This document shows positions 38,961-52,300 of a stretch of DNA of 64,000 nt, piece after piece. The notes below the pieces were generated by a model. The model saw only the letters and a list, made by a program, of their open reading frames with translations. It did no database searches and was not told the origin of the DNA. Numbering within the stretch: the stretch's first letter is position 1; each line of letters opens with the position of its first letter. Both the position numbers and the translations under genes were made by a program. The stretch spans positions 13,764,001 to 13,828,000 of the forward strand of contig OZ024751.1 in assembly GCA_964016885.1 (NCBI GenBank), in the 5' to 3' direction. Source of the DNA: Eledone cirrhosa (taxonomy: Eukaryota).

Positions 38961-40510
38961 TGTGTGGCGGTGTTGTGGTGGTGTGGTGTGGTGGTGGTGG
39001 TGTGGTGTGGTGTGGTGGTGTTGTGGTGGTGTTGTGGTGGTGTGGTGGTGGTGTGGTGGTGTGGTGGTGTGGTGGTGGTATGGTGTGGTGGTGGTGGTGT
39101 GGTGTGGTGGTGGTGGTGTGGTGTGGTGGTGGTGGTGGTGGTGTGGTGGTGTTGTGGTGGTGTGGTGGTGGTGTGGTGGTGTGGTGGTGTGGTGGTGGTG
39201 TGGTGTGGTGGTGGTGTGGTGGTGTGGTGGTGTGGTGGTGTGGTGGTGGTGTGGTGGTGGTGGTGTGGTGTGGTGTGGTGTTGGTGGTGTGGTGTGGTGT
39301 GGTGTGGTGGTGGTGTGGTGTGGTGTGGTATGGTATGGTGTGGTGTGGTGATGGTGGTGTGGTGGTGTGGTGTGGTGGTGGTGTGGTGGTGGTGGTGTGG
39401 TGGTGTGTGGTGTTGGGGTGTGGTGTGGTGTGGTGGTGTGGTGTGGTGGTGGTGGTGGTGTGGTGTGGTGTGGTGGTGTGGTGTGGTGTGGTGGTGTGGT
39501 GGTAGTGGTGTGGTGTGGTGGTGTGGTGTGGCGGTGGTGGTGTGGTGTGGTGTGGTGTGGTGGTGGTGTGGTGGTGGTGCGGTGTGGTGGTGGTGGTGTG
39601 GTGTTGTGCTGTGTGGTGGTGGTGTGGTATGGTGGTGGTGTGGTGGTGGTATGGTGGTAGTGGTGTGGTGTGGTGGTGGTGGTGGTGGTATGGTGGTGGT
39701 GGTGTGTGTGGTGTGGTGGTGTGGTGTGGTGGTGGTGGTGGTGTGGTGTGGTGGTGGTGGTGGTGTGGTGTTGTGTTGTGTGGTAGTGGTGTGGTGGTGG
39801 TGTGGTGGTAGTCGTGTGGTGTGGTGGTGGTGGTATGGTGGTGGTGGTGGTGTGGTGGTGGTGTGGTGTGGTGGTGAGGTGTGGTGGTGGTGGTGGTAGT
39901 GGTGTGGTGTGGTGTGGTGGTGAGGTGTGGTGGTGGTGGTGGTAGTGGTGTGGTGTGGTGGTGGTGTGGTGTGGTGGTGAGGTGTGGTGGTGGTGGTGGT
40001 AGTGGTGTAGTGTGGTGTGGTGGTGGTGGTGGTGGTGTGGTGTGGTGTTGTGTTGTGTGGTGGTGGTGTGGTGGTGGTGGTGTGGTGTGGTGGTGGTATG
40101 GTGGTGGTGGTGGTGTGGTGGTGTGGTGGTGGTGTGGTGTGGTGGTGAGGTGTGGTGGTGGTGGTGGTTGTGGTGTGGTGTGGTGTGGTGGTGAGGTGTG
40201 GTGGTGGTGGTGGTAGTGGTGTGGTGTGGTGGTGGTGGTGTGGTGTGGTGTGGTGGTGGTGGTGTGGTGTGGTGTTGTGTTGTGTGGTGGTGGTGTGGTG
40301 GTGGTATGGTGGTGGTGGTGTGGTGGTGGTATGGTGGTAGTGGTGTGGTGTGGTGTGGTGGTGGTGTGGTGTGGTGGTGGTGTGGTGCGGTGGTGGTGGT
40401 GGTGTGGTAGTGTGGTGGGGTGGAGAGTGGTGGGTGGGGTGGAGGTGTAGTGTGGTGGAGTGTGGTGTGGTGGGTGGGGTGGGGTGTAGTGGGATGGAGT
40501 GGGGTGTGGT
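38961..40510. repeat. (GGT)n/(GTGTG)n low complexity
   Basis: Direct reading. Confidence 0.95.
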
Positions 40511-40571
40511 ATAGGATGAGTGAAAGAGAGTGTGTATGTGCGAGAGCGCATGTGGGGGGTGGGGGGTCTGT

Positions 40572-41114
40572 GAGAGAGAGAAAGAGTTCATCCACGTGTG
40601 TGTGCATATATGTGTGTGTGCATGTATGTGTGTATGTGTGTATGTATGTGTATGTATGTATGTATGTGTATGTATGTGTGGAAGAGAAAGAGCTCATCCA
40701 CGTGTGTATGCATGTGTATGTATGTGTGTGTATGTGTGCATGTATGTGTGTGTGTATGTGTATGTATATATGTATGTATGTATGTATGTGTGGAAGAGAA
40801 AGAGCTCATCCACGTGTGTATGTATGTGTATGTATGTGTGTATGTATGTATGTGTGCAAGAGAAAGAGCTCATGCACGTGTGTATGTATGTGTGTATGTG
40901 TATGTGTATGTGTGTGTGGAAGAGAAAGAGCCCATCCACGTGTGTATGTGTGTGTATGTATGTGTGTATGTGTATGTATGTATGTGTGGAAGAGAAAGAG
41001 CTCTTCCACGTGTATGTGTGTGTATTTATGTGTGTGTATATGTATGTATATATGTATGTATGTGTGGAAGAGAAAGAGCTCATCCACGTGTATGTGTGTG
41101 TATTTATGTGTGTG

Positions 41115-41146
<32 letters not shown>

Positions 41147-42380
41147 TGTGTGGAAGAGAAAGAGCTCATCCACGTGTGTATGTATGTGTATGTATGTGTA
41201 TGTATGTATGTATGTATGTGTGGAAGAGAAAGAGCTCATCCACGTATGTATGTGTGTGTATGTATGTGTGTGTATATGTATGTATGTATGTATGTATGTG
41301 TGTGTGGGAGAGAAAGAGCTCTTCCACGTGTGTATGTATGTGTATGTCTGTGTATGTATGTATGTATGTATGTATGTATGTGTGTGTGGAAGAGAAAGAG
41401 CTCTTCCACGTGTGTATGTATGTGTATGTATGTGTATGTATGTATGTATGTATGTGTGGAAGAGAAAGAGCTCACCCACGTGTGTATGTGTGTGTGTGTA
41501 TGTGTGTATGTGTGTATGCATGTATGTATGTGTGTGTGGAAGAGAAAGAGCTCTTCGACGTGTGTATGTATGTGTATGTATGTGTATGTATGTATGTATG
41601 TATGTGTGGAAGAGAAAGAGCTCATCCACGTGTGTATGTGTGTGTATGTATGTGTGTGTGTGTATATGTATGTATGTATGTATGTATGTGTGTGTGGAAG
41701 AGAAAGAGCTCTTCCACGTGTGTGTGTATGTGTATGTCTGTGTATGTATGTATGTATGTATGTATGTATGTATGTATGTATGTATGTATGTGTGGAAGAG
41801 AAAGAGCTCATCCACGTGTGTATGTGTGTGTGTGTATGTGTGTATGTATGTATGTGTGTAAGAGAAAGAGCTCTTCCACGTGTGTATGTATGTGTATGTC
41901 TGTCTGTATGTATGTATGTATGTGTGGAAGAGAAAGAGCTCATCCACGTGTGTATGTGTGTGTATGTATGTGTGTATGTGTGTATGTGTGTATGTATGTA
42001 TGTATGGAAGAGAAAGAGCTCTTCCACGTGTGTATGTATGTGTATGTCTGTGTATGTATGTATGTATGTATGTGTGGAAGAAAAAGAGCTCTTCCACGTG
42101 TGTATGTATGTGTATGTCTGTGTATGTATGTATGTATGTATGTATGTATGTGTGGAAGAGAAATAGCTCATCCACGTGTGTATCTATGTGTATGTATGTG
42201 TATGTATGTATGTGTATGTATGTATGTATGTGTGGAAGAGAAAGAGCTCTTCCACGTGTGTATGTATGTGTATGTCTGTGTATGTATGTATGTATGTATG
42301 TATGTGTGGAAGAGAAATAGCTCATCCACGTGTGAATCTATGTGTATGTATGTGTATGTATGTATGTGTATGTATGTATG
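40572..42380. repeat. compound satellite: GGAAGAGAAAGAGCTC(A/T)TCCACGTG core with (TGTA)n spacers
   Basis: More than 20 core copies; inverted copies at 43359-43474. Confidence 0.95.
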
Positions 42381-42853
42381 TAAAAACAAAACCTGTCAGA
42401 GGGCAAAGGAGCTCTTAAAAGTCAATGGCCATCCAAAATCTCCGGGAGAGATGACCCCTTAGCCTTTGTCAAGGCAGAATTCTAGGAGAAGGAAAACTCT
42501 GATATAACACCTGCAACTCTGATGGTATCCAATGATGTTGACTTGTTCTTCTTTTTGGTAAATATCATCTTGGTTAAGAGAGTGGGACTGGCTTTGTGCA
42601 GTGCCTTTGCTCACTATAAAAGCTTCACGGCACAGGCATTGCTTTATATCTGGAGATCTCTCTGCACTTGTCGTCACATGGTACCATGGGCCCAGCACTG
42701 TGTCAATAATTGTCACAAGTGTAGTGTTTGTACCAGAGTTTTCAAGTCGCTGGCTGGACTAAAAATTCACACTCGTTCAGCGCATCGGTAGGGGTTCTCC
42801 TACATGGATATAAAGTAGTGGCCGTACTCGAAAACGAGTTGGCAGCCACCATG
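42381..42853 (+). mobile_element. non-autonomous RTE-derived element, 5'-truncated
   Basis: Near-identical to 62200-62703. Confidence 0.85.
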
Positions 42854-43023
42854 TATGTATGTATGTATATATACGTTTAAGTGTAGACAAGAATATATCT
42901 AGTTTTGTTCTGAATTCAAATCCGTCCAAAAACAATTTTACCTGTCACTGTTCCGAACTTGATAAGAGTTTCTGGTTGGATTTTATATTACTGGCTATGA
43001 ATGGAATTATAATAGATACATAT

Positions 43024-43104
<81 letters not shown>

Positions 43105-43473
43105 CGCGTGTGTGTGAATGTGTAGGGGTGTGTATGTATGTGTAGGTGTGTGTATGTCAGTTTGTAGGTGTGTGTGTGTGTGTGTGTGTCAATGTGTAGG
43201 GGTGTGTATGTCTGTGTAGGTGTGTGTGTGTCAGTTTGTAGATGTATGTGTGTCTGTGTGTGTGTGTGTGTCAGTGTGAAGGTGTGTGTGGTACATTTAC
43301 ATCAACCTCTAAACATTTCACTCAAGCTTGTTCCACCTTTAAAGGAATGATTGACACACACGTCGATGAGCTCTTTCTCTTCCACACATACATACATACA
43401 TATATGCATACACATACACACACATACATACACACACATACACAAGTGGATGAGCTCTTTCTCTTCCACACAT

Positions 43474-43866
43474 ACATGGTGGCTGCCAACTCGTTTTCGA
43501 GTACGGCCACTACTTTATATCCATGTAGGAGAACCCCTACCGATGCGCTGAACGAGTGTGAATTTTTAGTCCAGCCAGCGACTTGAAAACTCTGGTACAA
43601 ACACTACACCTGTGACAATTATTGACACAGTGCTGGGCCCATGGTACCATGTGACGGCAAGTGCAGAGAGATCTCCAGATATAAAGCAATGCCTGTGCCG
43701 TGAAGCTTTTATAGTGAGCAAAGGCACTGCACAAAGCCAGTCCCACTCTCTTAACCAAGATGATATTTACCAAAAAGAAGAAGAAGTCAACATCATTGGA
43801 TACCATCAGGGTTGCAGGTGTTATATCAGAGTTTTCCTTCTCCTAGAATTCTGCCTTGACAAAGGC
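43474..43866 (-). mobile_element. non-autonomous RTE-derived element, 5'-truncated, inverted relative to 42381-42853
   Basis: Reverse-complement near identity. Confidence 0.85.
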
Positions 43867-43949
43867 ATACATACATACATACATACATACATACATACAT
43901 ACATACATACATACATACATACATACATACATACATACATACATACATA

Positions 43950-45480
43950 CTGGGTGCCTTAACCTGTTCTTACAGGATCACTGTGCTACCAACAATATCA
44001 TAACACCTGAGCAAGCTGGTGGAAAGAGGGAGGTGTGGGGTTGCATAGATCACCTACTAACTAACAAAATGATTCAGGAAAAAACAACAAAGAATCGCAG
44101 AAACATGACTGTGGTGTGGCTGGACTATCAAAAAGCATTTGATAGTATACCTCATGGGTGGATTATTAAGGCTTTACAGTTAGCTAAAGTCCCACAACCA
44201 TTGGTAGCTGCTGTTGAACGCCTGACCAAGAACTGGTACACCAGTTTGATCCTTAGAGGTGAGAAGGAGCAAGTTAAGACTGATAAGATACATTACCAGA
44301 AGGGCATCTTTCAGGGTGATAGCTTGTCAGTGCTACTCTTCGTTCTCTCACTGAATCCACTATCTTACCTACTCAGGAAACAAGGTGGACAAAGAAGTGG
44401 GCCCAGAAGTATCTCCCATCTTTTCTTTGTTGATGACCTGAAGTTGTATGGGCCAAATATCAATGACATCAAGAAACAATTGGACCTCATTACACAATTT
44501 TCAACCGACATCAAAATGAAATTTGGTGAGTCCAAGTGTGCATATTTGGCAGTAAAACGTGGAAGAGCTGTGCCCTCCTCTAGAAATCTAGAGATGAACG
44601 GCCTGACAATACAACATCTGCAGTCAGGTGACAACTACAGATATCTTGGACAGGATGAGAATGTCAGATATGATGGACCCATTAATAAGGAGAGAACAAG
44701 AACTGAATACCTCAGAAGAGTAAAGAAAATATGGTCATCAGAACTGTCAGCATACAACAAATACATTGCCCACAATACTTGCCCACAATACTAACGCCAA
44801 CATTTGGCCTGCTGAACTGGTCATTGCAAGAACTAAGTGAGATGGATGTTAGAACTCGAAAACTTCTGTGTTACTGGGAACTTTAACATCAATGGTGATG
44901 TGGAGAGGCTATACTTCTCACGCAAGGAAGGTGGCCGGGGTCTAAAATCAATATTAACAACATATGAGACCCGGATAGTAACACTGAAGCAACACCTTCA
45001 ACAGAGGAAAAAGGTTGGCAACCATCTTGCCCAGGTTTATGAGCATGAAAAAAAATCATTAGAATAGCGACTGATCTGGAGGAGAGATATGGAATAAAGC
45101 CTGATATAAATCTCTCACCCAGAGAAATCGGAAGATCATATTCAATGTTCAAACAAGATAAAAAAATTGACCAATTTACAGAAAAAGTTGTGCATGGATA
45201 CTTGAGGCGTAAAACACAGACCATAGAGGGGATAAACCACTCAAAAAGCCTGGCATGGAGTTCCGACAAGTTTATGACATCACACCTTGAGGGATATCTC
45301 TATGCAATACAGGAACAAGAACTCCCTACCAAATATCTGCTGCACAAAAGAGGAGGGCCAGCAGCTGACAATAAATGTAGGCTATGTAAAACAAAGATCG
45401 AGGATGTAAGCCGCATTGTTGCCAGCTGCGAAAGAATGTCATCTCGCTACTACCTCCCCATGAGACACGATGGGATAACT
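43950..45480 (+). pseudogene. R4/Dong-like (RLE group) non-LTR retrotransposon RT fragment
   Basis: WLDYQKAFDSIPH, GIFQGDSLS, HLFFVDDLKLYG, YRYLG, RLYFSRKEGGRGL, AIQEQEL, CRLC..EDVSRIVASC..RHD; frameshifted. Confidence 0.85.
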
Positions 45481-45539
45481 GGAAAAGACAGAGGTGTGGA
45501 AGGGTGAGCGTATTGTATAATGGACGAATGTATATATTA

Positions 45540-45725
45540 ATTATTTCTACTTTAGGCACAAGGCCAGCAAATACCCAGTGCATTACTGGTACTTTATTTT
45601 ATCGACCCCGTAAGGATGAAAGGCAAAGTTAACCTCGGCGAGATTTGAACTCAGACTGTAAAGGGACGTAACTATGCTAGAAAGCATGGCGTCCAACCCT
45701 CTACCGATACTGCCAATTCCCCGCT
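45540..45725 (-). mobile_element. tRNA-derived SINE
   Basis: Reverse complement of the consensus. Confidence 0.9.
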
Positions 45726-45829
45726 AAGATAATTCACAAGCTAAGATAATGACACGAAAGTAGCACAGACAATCAAGAAACCGGTTGATGCTATTTTTCT
45801 TAAAACAAGATTTGGATGCCATAAACAAA

Positions 45830-46270
45830 TGGTATGTTTCAAGTCCTCCGCTATCAATCCACAAACATAGGGCCATTAGAGTGGTTTACTGGACCAGTAG
45901 GAATCGAAGTCCCAGAGTTAAAATCAATACAGGACCTGTGTATTGACATGAATGCATCGTTTCATACACATCACCAAAATGGATGGATTCTGAGGACTTT
46001 CAGGACAAGAGACCCGAAACTTTGCTGGTCCTCTCAGCCGACTAGACTTTAGCTCTCAGCTGTGGTCACTCCACTGTGTCAAACTAACCGCAGTACCTGA
46101 AGCAATCCAACCAAGCTACACCAAGAACATTGCCTCAATGAAAGAGATGGGCTACTGGGATAGACTGAAAAAACTAAAGTTTTACTCCCTGGAGCGAAGA
46201 CGGGAGTGATACGCAGTGATGTACTTATGATCCTAGAAAGGGTAGCACAAAACTTTGGCATTGAGGGCCG
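45830..46270 (+). pseudogene. degenerate CR1/L2-group LINE ORF2 C-terminal remnant
   Basis: KNIASMKEMGYWDRLKKLKFYSLERRRE*Y read at ~46123-46215. Confidence 0.6.
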
Positions 46271-46418
46271 GACTAGACCACGAACAGGATGCCACTGTGC
46301 GTGTGTGTATGTGTGTATGTGTGTATATATACATATATATATAGATATGTGTGTGTATTCTCATAGATATATATCTATACCATGTGTTCATGCATGTCAT
46401 ATACATATATATGTACAC

Positions 46419-46526
<108 letters not shown>

Positions 46527-46626
46527 GTGTGTGTGTGTGTAACGATATATGTATATCATAATCATCATTGTCGTTTTAACGTCCGCTCTCCCTGCTAGGA
46601 AGGGTTGAACATATATATATATATAT

Positions 46627-46818
46627 AAACATAGAAGGTGTGGTAAGAAACCAGGTGGACTATAACGCACCAGAGTACTCGATACTCAGGCTAGTAGAGT
46701 GGGTAATAGGAAAAAGAGTCAGGACCCCGACGGCTGAGCTCCGGCCGTTTCGACAGCTAGATCTGAACAAATCTGTCTGTCGAAACGGCCGGGGCGCAGC
46801 CGTGGGGATCCTAACTCT

Positions 46819-46824
<6 letters not shown>
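46627..46824 (-). mobile_element. hairpin-headed element, copy
   Basis: Tail gtgtggtaagaaaccaggtggac...gagtgggtaatagg plus hairpin aaaagagtcaggaccccgacggctg/cagccgtggggatcctaactctttt. Confidence 0.8.
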
Positions 46825-46862
<38 letters not shown>

Positions 46863-47277
46863 TTAAGGATACTATTTATGGTTATGTATATAATAAAACC
46901 TTTTATGGTTATATATATTTAAACTCTAAATAGTGAAAGACAGTAATTCATTACTATCTTATTACCAGTAAGATAAATAGCTCAATGTAATAACATTGGA
47001 GGAAACAATTGTAAGCAAATAAATGATTTAAACTGAACTTTGATTCATGTAATTTCTATATATATATATATATATATATATGTGAAAAAATGGGGAGAAG
47101 AATACTGCAGGTTGCACATGGATAACATGTTATAAAATGAGTCCCTCATCAGTGATTTGCCGACGATCATAGATATTTCATTGCATTAAAAATCATATAC
47201 CTCACGTCGGTGCAATAATAACTAAATTAAGTTATTAGGACAATTAAAACGCGTAAAGCGAGTGAGACAAGTAAACA

Positions 47278-47322
<45 letters not shown>

Positions 47323-47327
<5 letters not shown>

Positions 47328-47515
47328 GTTTCTACTTTTGGCACAAGGCCAGCAATTACCCAGTACATTACAGGTACTTTATTTTATCGACCCCCGTAAG
47401 GATGAAAGGCAAAGTTAACCTCGGCGGGATTTGAACTCAGACCGTAAAGGGACGTAACTCTTTTTTGCTGCAAAGCATGGCGTCCGACCCTCTACCAATA
47501 CTGCCAATCCACCGC
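47323..47515 (-). mobile_element. tRNA-derived SINE
   Basis: Reverse complement of the consensus. Confidence 0.9.
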
Positions 47516-47805
47516 CTTATATGTAATGATGAAATATATGGAGAATAGAAATGGCTGTGTAGTTGCTATTTAAGGTAACTTAAAATTCAGTGGGAATACG
47601 AAGAGAGCAAGAACGGGGGGGGGGTCCCTCATCAGTTGTCTACTGGGGGTCTCGGATATTTCTACGCTTTAAAGACAAGATACCTCGCCCCAGGGCGTGA
47701 ATTACTGGATAAGTTATTGGGAAAACAGAGGAAAGGGGGGGAGGAAAGCAAAGGGGAAGAAAGGAGAAAACGAAACAGCGAAAAAAAAAAAAAAAACCGA
47801 GTACG

Positions 47806-49607
47806 TATATATAAATATGTGTATGTGTGTATTTACAATGTATATATATAAATGTGTGTGTGTATTTACAATGTATATATAAATATGTGTATGTGTGTAT
47901 TTACAATGTATATATAAATATGTGTGTGTGTATTTACAATGTATATATATAAATGTGTGTATGTGTGTATTTACAATGTATATATATAAATGTGTGTGTG
48001 TATTTACAATGTATATATATAAATATGTGTGTGTATTTACAATGTATATATATAAATATGTGTATGTGTGTATTTACAATGTATATATATAAATGTGTGT
48101 GTGTATTTACAATGTATATATATAAATGTATGTATGTATTTACAATGTATATATATAAATATGTGTATGTGTGTATTTACAATGTATATATATAAATGTG
48201 TGTGTGTATTTACAATGTATATATAAATGTGTGTGTGTGTATTTACAATGTATATATATAAATGTGTGTGTGTATTTACAATGTATATATATAAATATGT
48301 GTGTGTGTATTTACAATGTATATATATAAATGTGTGTGTGTATTTACAATGTATATATATAAATATGTGTATGTGTGTATTTACAATGTATATATATAAA
48401 TATGTGTATGTGTGTATTTACAATGTATATATATAAATGTGTGTGTGTGTTTACAATGTATATATATGTGTGTGTGTGTATTTACAATGTATATATATAA
48501 ATGTGTGTGTGTATTTACAATGTATATATATAAATATGTGTATGTGTGTATTTACAATGTATATATATAAATATGTGTATGTGTGTATTTACAATGTATA
48601 TATATAAATGTATGTATTTACAATGTATATATATAAATGTGTGTGTGTATTTACAATGTATATATAAATATGTGTGCGTGTATTTACAATGTATATATAT
48701 AAATGTGTGTGTGTATTTACAATGTATATATATAAATATGTGTATGTGTGTATTTACAATGTATATATAAATATGTGTGTGTGTATTTACAATGTATATA
48801 TATAAATGTGTGTGTGTATTTACAATGTATATATAAATATGTGTGTGTATTTACAATGTATATATATAAATGTGTGTGTATTTACAATGTATATATATAA
48901 ATGTGTGTGTGTATTTACAATGTATATATATAAATGTGTGTGTGTATTTACAATGTATATATATAAATGTGTGTGTGTATTTACAATGTATATATATAAA
49001 TGTGTGTGTGTATTTACAATGTATATATATAAATGTATGTATGTATTTACAATGTATATATATAAATGTGTATGTGTATTTACGATGTATATATATAAAT
49101 GTATGTGTGTATTTACAATGTATATATATAAATGTGTGTGTGTATTTACAATGTATATATATAAATGTGTGTGTGTGTGTATTTACAATGTATATATATA
49201 AATGTGTGTGTGTATTTACAATGTATATATATAAATGTGTGTGTGTATTTACAATGTATATATATAAATGTGTGTGTGTATTTACAATGTATATATATAA
49301 ATGTGTGTGTGTATTTACAATGTATATATATAAATGTGTGTGTGTATTTACAATGTATATATATAAATGTATGTGTGTATTTACAATGTATATATATAAA
49401 TGTGTGTGTGTATTTACAATCTATATATATAAATATGTGTATGTGTGTATTTACAATGTATATATATAAATGTGTGTGTATATTTACAATGTATATATAT
49501 AAATATGTCTATGTGTGTATTTACAATGTATATATATAAATATGTGTATGTGTGTATTTACAATGTATATATATAAATGTGTGTGTGTATTTACAATGTA
49601 TATATAT
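47806..49607. repeat. ~32-38-bp satellite GTATTTACAATGTATATATATAAAT(A)TGTGT
   Basis: About 50 units. Confidence 0.95.
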
Positions 49608-49908
49608 TAAAAAAGATAAAAATCACACATCTACAAACCGGTCTATATAATTTTTGAAAGACAAATATGGAAATTTATGCAATATTTTAAAAAGTTAAAT
49701 GAAATATTGGCATTGTTTGATTTGTATGTGTGTGTGTGTATGTTGGTGTTACTGTGTATATATATATGTGTGTGCATGTAAGTGTTCATACGTGTGTGTT
49801 TGTATATTGACGTAAATATGTATGCGTGTTTATGTGTCACTTTTTTATTTGCTTCTATAAATCGTATGTAGATATAATTATGAATGGGTATATATATATA
49901 TATATGTG

Positions 49909-49939
<31 letters not shown>

Positions 49940-50094
49940 AAAATTGCATATTTGTGTATTTTTTACTATATAAATATGTGTGTGTATGTGTGTATGTATG
50001 TACATGATATTTTTTTTATTTGTACTTGCATATGTATATTAAATGTGCAAAATACATCGACATGCATTAATGTGTGTGTGTATATAATAATATA

Positions 50095-50829
50095 ATAATA
50101 ATAATGAAATTATTGTGTACAGTGCTCAGGTGCACTACAACTCATCAAAGGTGCATGTATAGTACATAGAATAATGTACAAATGTCAGGAAAATAAACAG
50201 TGTATGAGTCATGATATAATAACAATAACAATAATGAAATATTGTGCACAGTGCCCAGGTGCACCACAACCCATCAAAAAAGTGCATGTACAGTACATAG
50301 GGCAATGCACAAACATCAGTAAAATGAACAGTGCACACATGTGTGCATGTGTATGGAAGGGGCACATCAGGTGTAGTTTTGGCGTATTTCGGGAAGCATG
50401 AGTGTCTTAAAGGATGCAGTGTCTCGGCAGCTAACAATTGACGCAGGCAGTTTGTTCCATGTTTCAGCAACTCTGAGCGTGAAAAAATGTCTGCGAAAGT
50501 CATGGGAGCTGTGCTGTTTTCTTATCTTGTAGGCATGTCCACGTGTGTTAGATACATGGAGATCAAAGAGGCGCTCAGGGTTGCAGTTGGCGAGATGGTT
50601 AAAAACTTTGTGGGTATTCACCAAGTCCACTGCCAGACGTCGGAGCTTCAATGAATCCATGCCCAGGGAAGCAAGGCGTTCAGAGTATGGTAGGTGTCTG
50701 ATGGAGGGTATGCGCTTGGTTGCACGTCTCTGAACAGTTTCCAGGAGGTCAATGTTCCGAGCAAGATAGGGGTTCCAGACTGATGATGCGAATTCCAAGT
50801 GTGGTCGCACCATAGCTGTATACAGTTTT
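50095..50829 (-). mobile_element. CR1-like LINE 3' end with a duplicated tail
   Basis: LYTAMVRPHLEFASSVWNPY..LETVQRRATK..FFTLRVAETWNKLP; two tails at 50101-50215 and 50231-50350. Confidence 0.9.
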
Positions 50830-51264
50830 ATATATATATATATAAACGCACACGACACACATACATTTATATGTATATATACATACGTATTCGTAGATAG
50901 ATAGAAAGAGAGATAGAGAGGAAAGAGAGATAGAGAGGAAAGGGAGATAGAGAGAAAAGATACAGAGAAGAGATAAGGAGAGAAAGAGAGAGAGAGGGGG
51001 GGGAAGAAAGAAAGGGACAAAGAGAGAGAGGAAAAGAGATAAGGAAAGAGAAAGTGAGATAGAAAGAGAGTGAAAGAGAGATAGTTAGCAAAGAAAGTAA
51101 GATGGAAAGTGAGAAAGACTTTGATAATAATTTTTATATGAAATCATTAAAATAAAATATTCCCAAGTTAAAATGTCGGTCTGTTGCCTGGAAGTCTTCA
51201 AATATTTCCAATGTGATTGGCACAAACATTTATCTCCCTTTATATATGTTCTTGGTTGTTGATT

Positions 51265-52225
51265 GTATATATTGTTTGCTGTGTATATAGTTGGTTGTTT
51301 ATATAGCGTGTGTGTATATAGCTTGTTGCGTATATAGTTGTGTATATAGTTTGTTGTATATAGATTGTTGTGTATATAGTTTGTTGTATATTTAGTCTGT
51401 TGTATATAGTTTGTGTGTATATAGTTTATCGGTAGAGGGTCGGGCGCCATGCTTTGCAGCATAGTTACGTCCCTTTGCGGTCTGAGTTCAAATCCCGTCG
51501 AGGTTAACTTTGCCTTTCATCCTTACAGGGTCGATAAAATAAAGTACCAGTAATACACTGGGTAATTGCTGGCCTTGTGTCAAAAGTAGAAACAATTATA
51601 TATAGTTTGTTGTATATAGTTTGTTGTGTATATAGTTTGTTGTGTATATAGTTGGCTGTGTATATAGTCTGTTGTGTATATAGTTTGTTGTATCGATAGT
51701 ATGTTGTATATAGTTGGTTGTGTATATAGTTTATATATATAGATATTTGTTTCTATAGTCTGTTGTATATAGTTTGTTGTATATATAGTTTGTTATATAT
51801 ATAATTGGTTGTATATATAGTTGGCTGTGTATATAGTTTGTTGTGTATATAGTTGGTTGTATATAGTTGTGTATATAGTTTGTTGTGTATATAGCTTGTA
51901 TATATATTTTGTTGTGTATATAGTTGGTTGTGTATATAGTTTGCTGTGTATTTTTTGTTGTGTTTATAGCTTATTGTATATATATATATAGTCTGTTGTA
52001 TATGGTTTGTTGTGTATATAGCTGGTTGTATATATAGTTTATTGTGTATATAGTTTCTTGTGTATACAGTTAATTGTATATATAGTTAGTTGTATATATA
52101 GTTTATTGTGTATAAAGTTGGTTGTATATAGTTTTTTGTGTATATAGTTTGTTGTATATATAGCTGTTTGTGTATATAGCTGTTTGTATATATAGCTGTT
52201 TGTATATATAGCTGTTTGTATATAT
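51265..52225. repeat. ~16-18-bp satellite TATATAGTTTGTTGTG, with a SINE inserted at 51428-51598 (+)
   Basis: Direct reading. Confidence 0.9.
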
Positions 52226-52300
52226 TTTAACTTTACTCTGCAGTATTTTAACTAATAACCACAGTGGGAAGACATCTTTGTCACAGAATTATATAAAATA

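Noticed and set aside
40572-42380. CRISPR-like look (constant core with variable spacers)
   Set aside because: Spacers are (TGTA)n microsatellite of variable length; eukaryotic context; no cas genes
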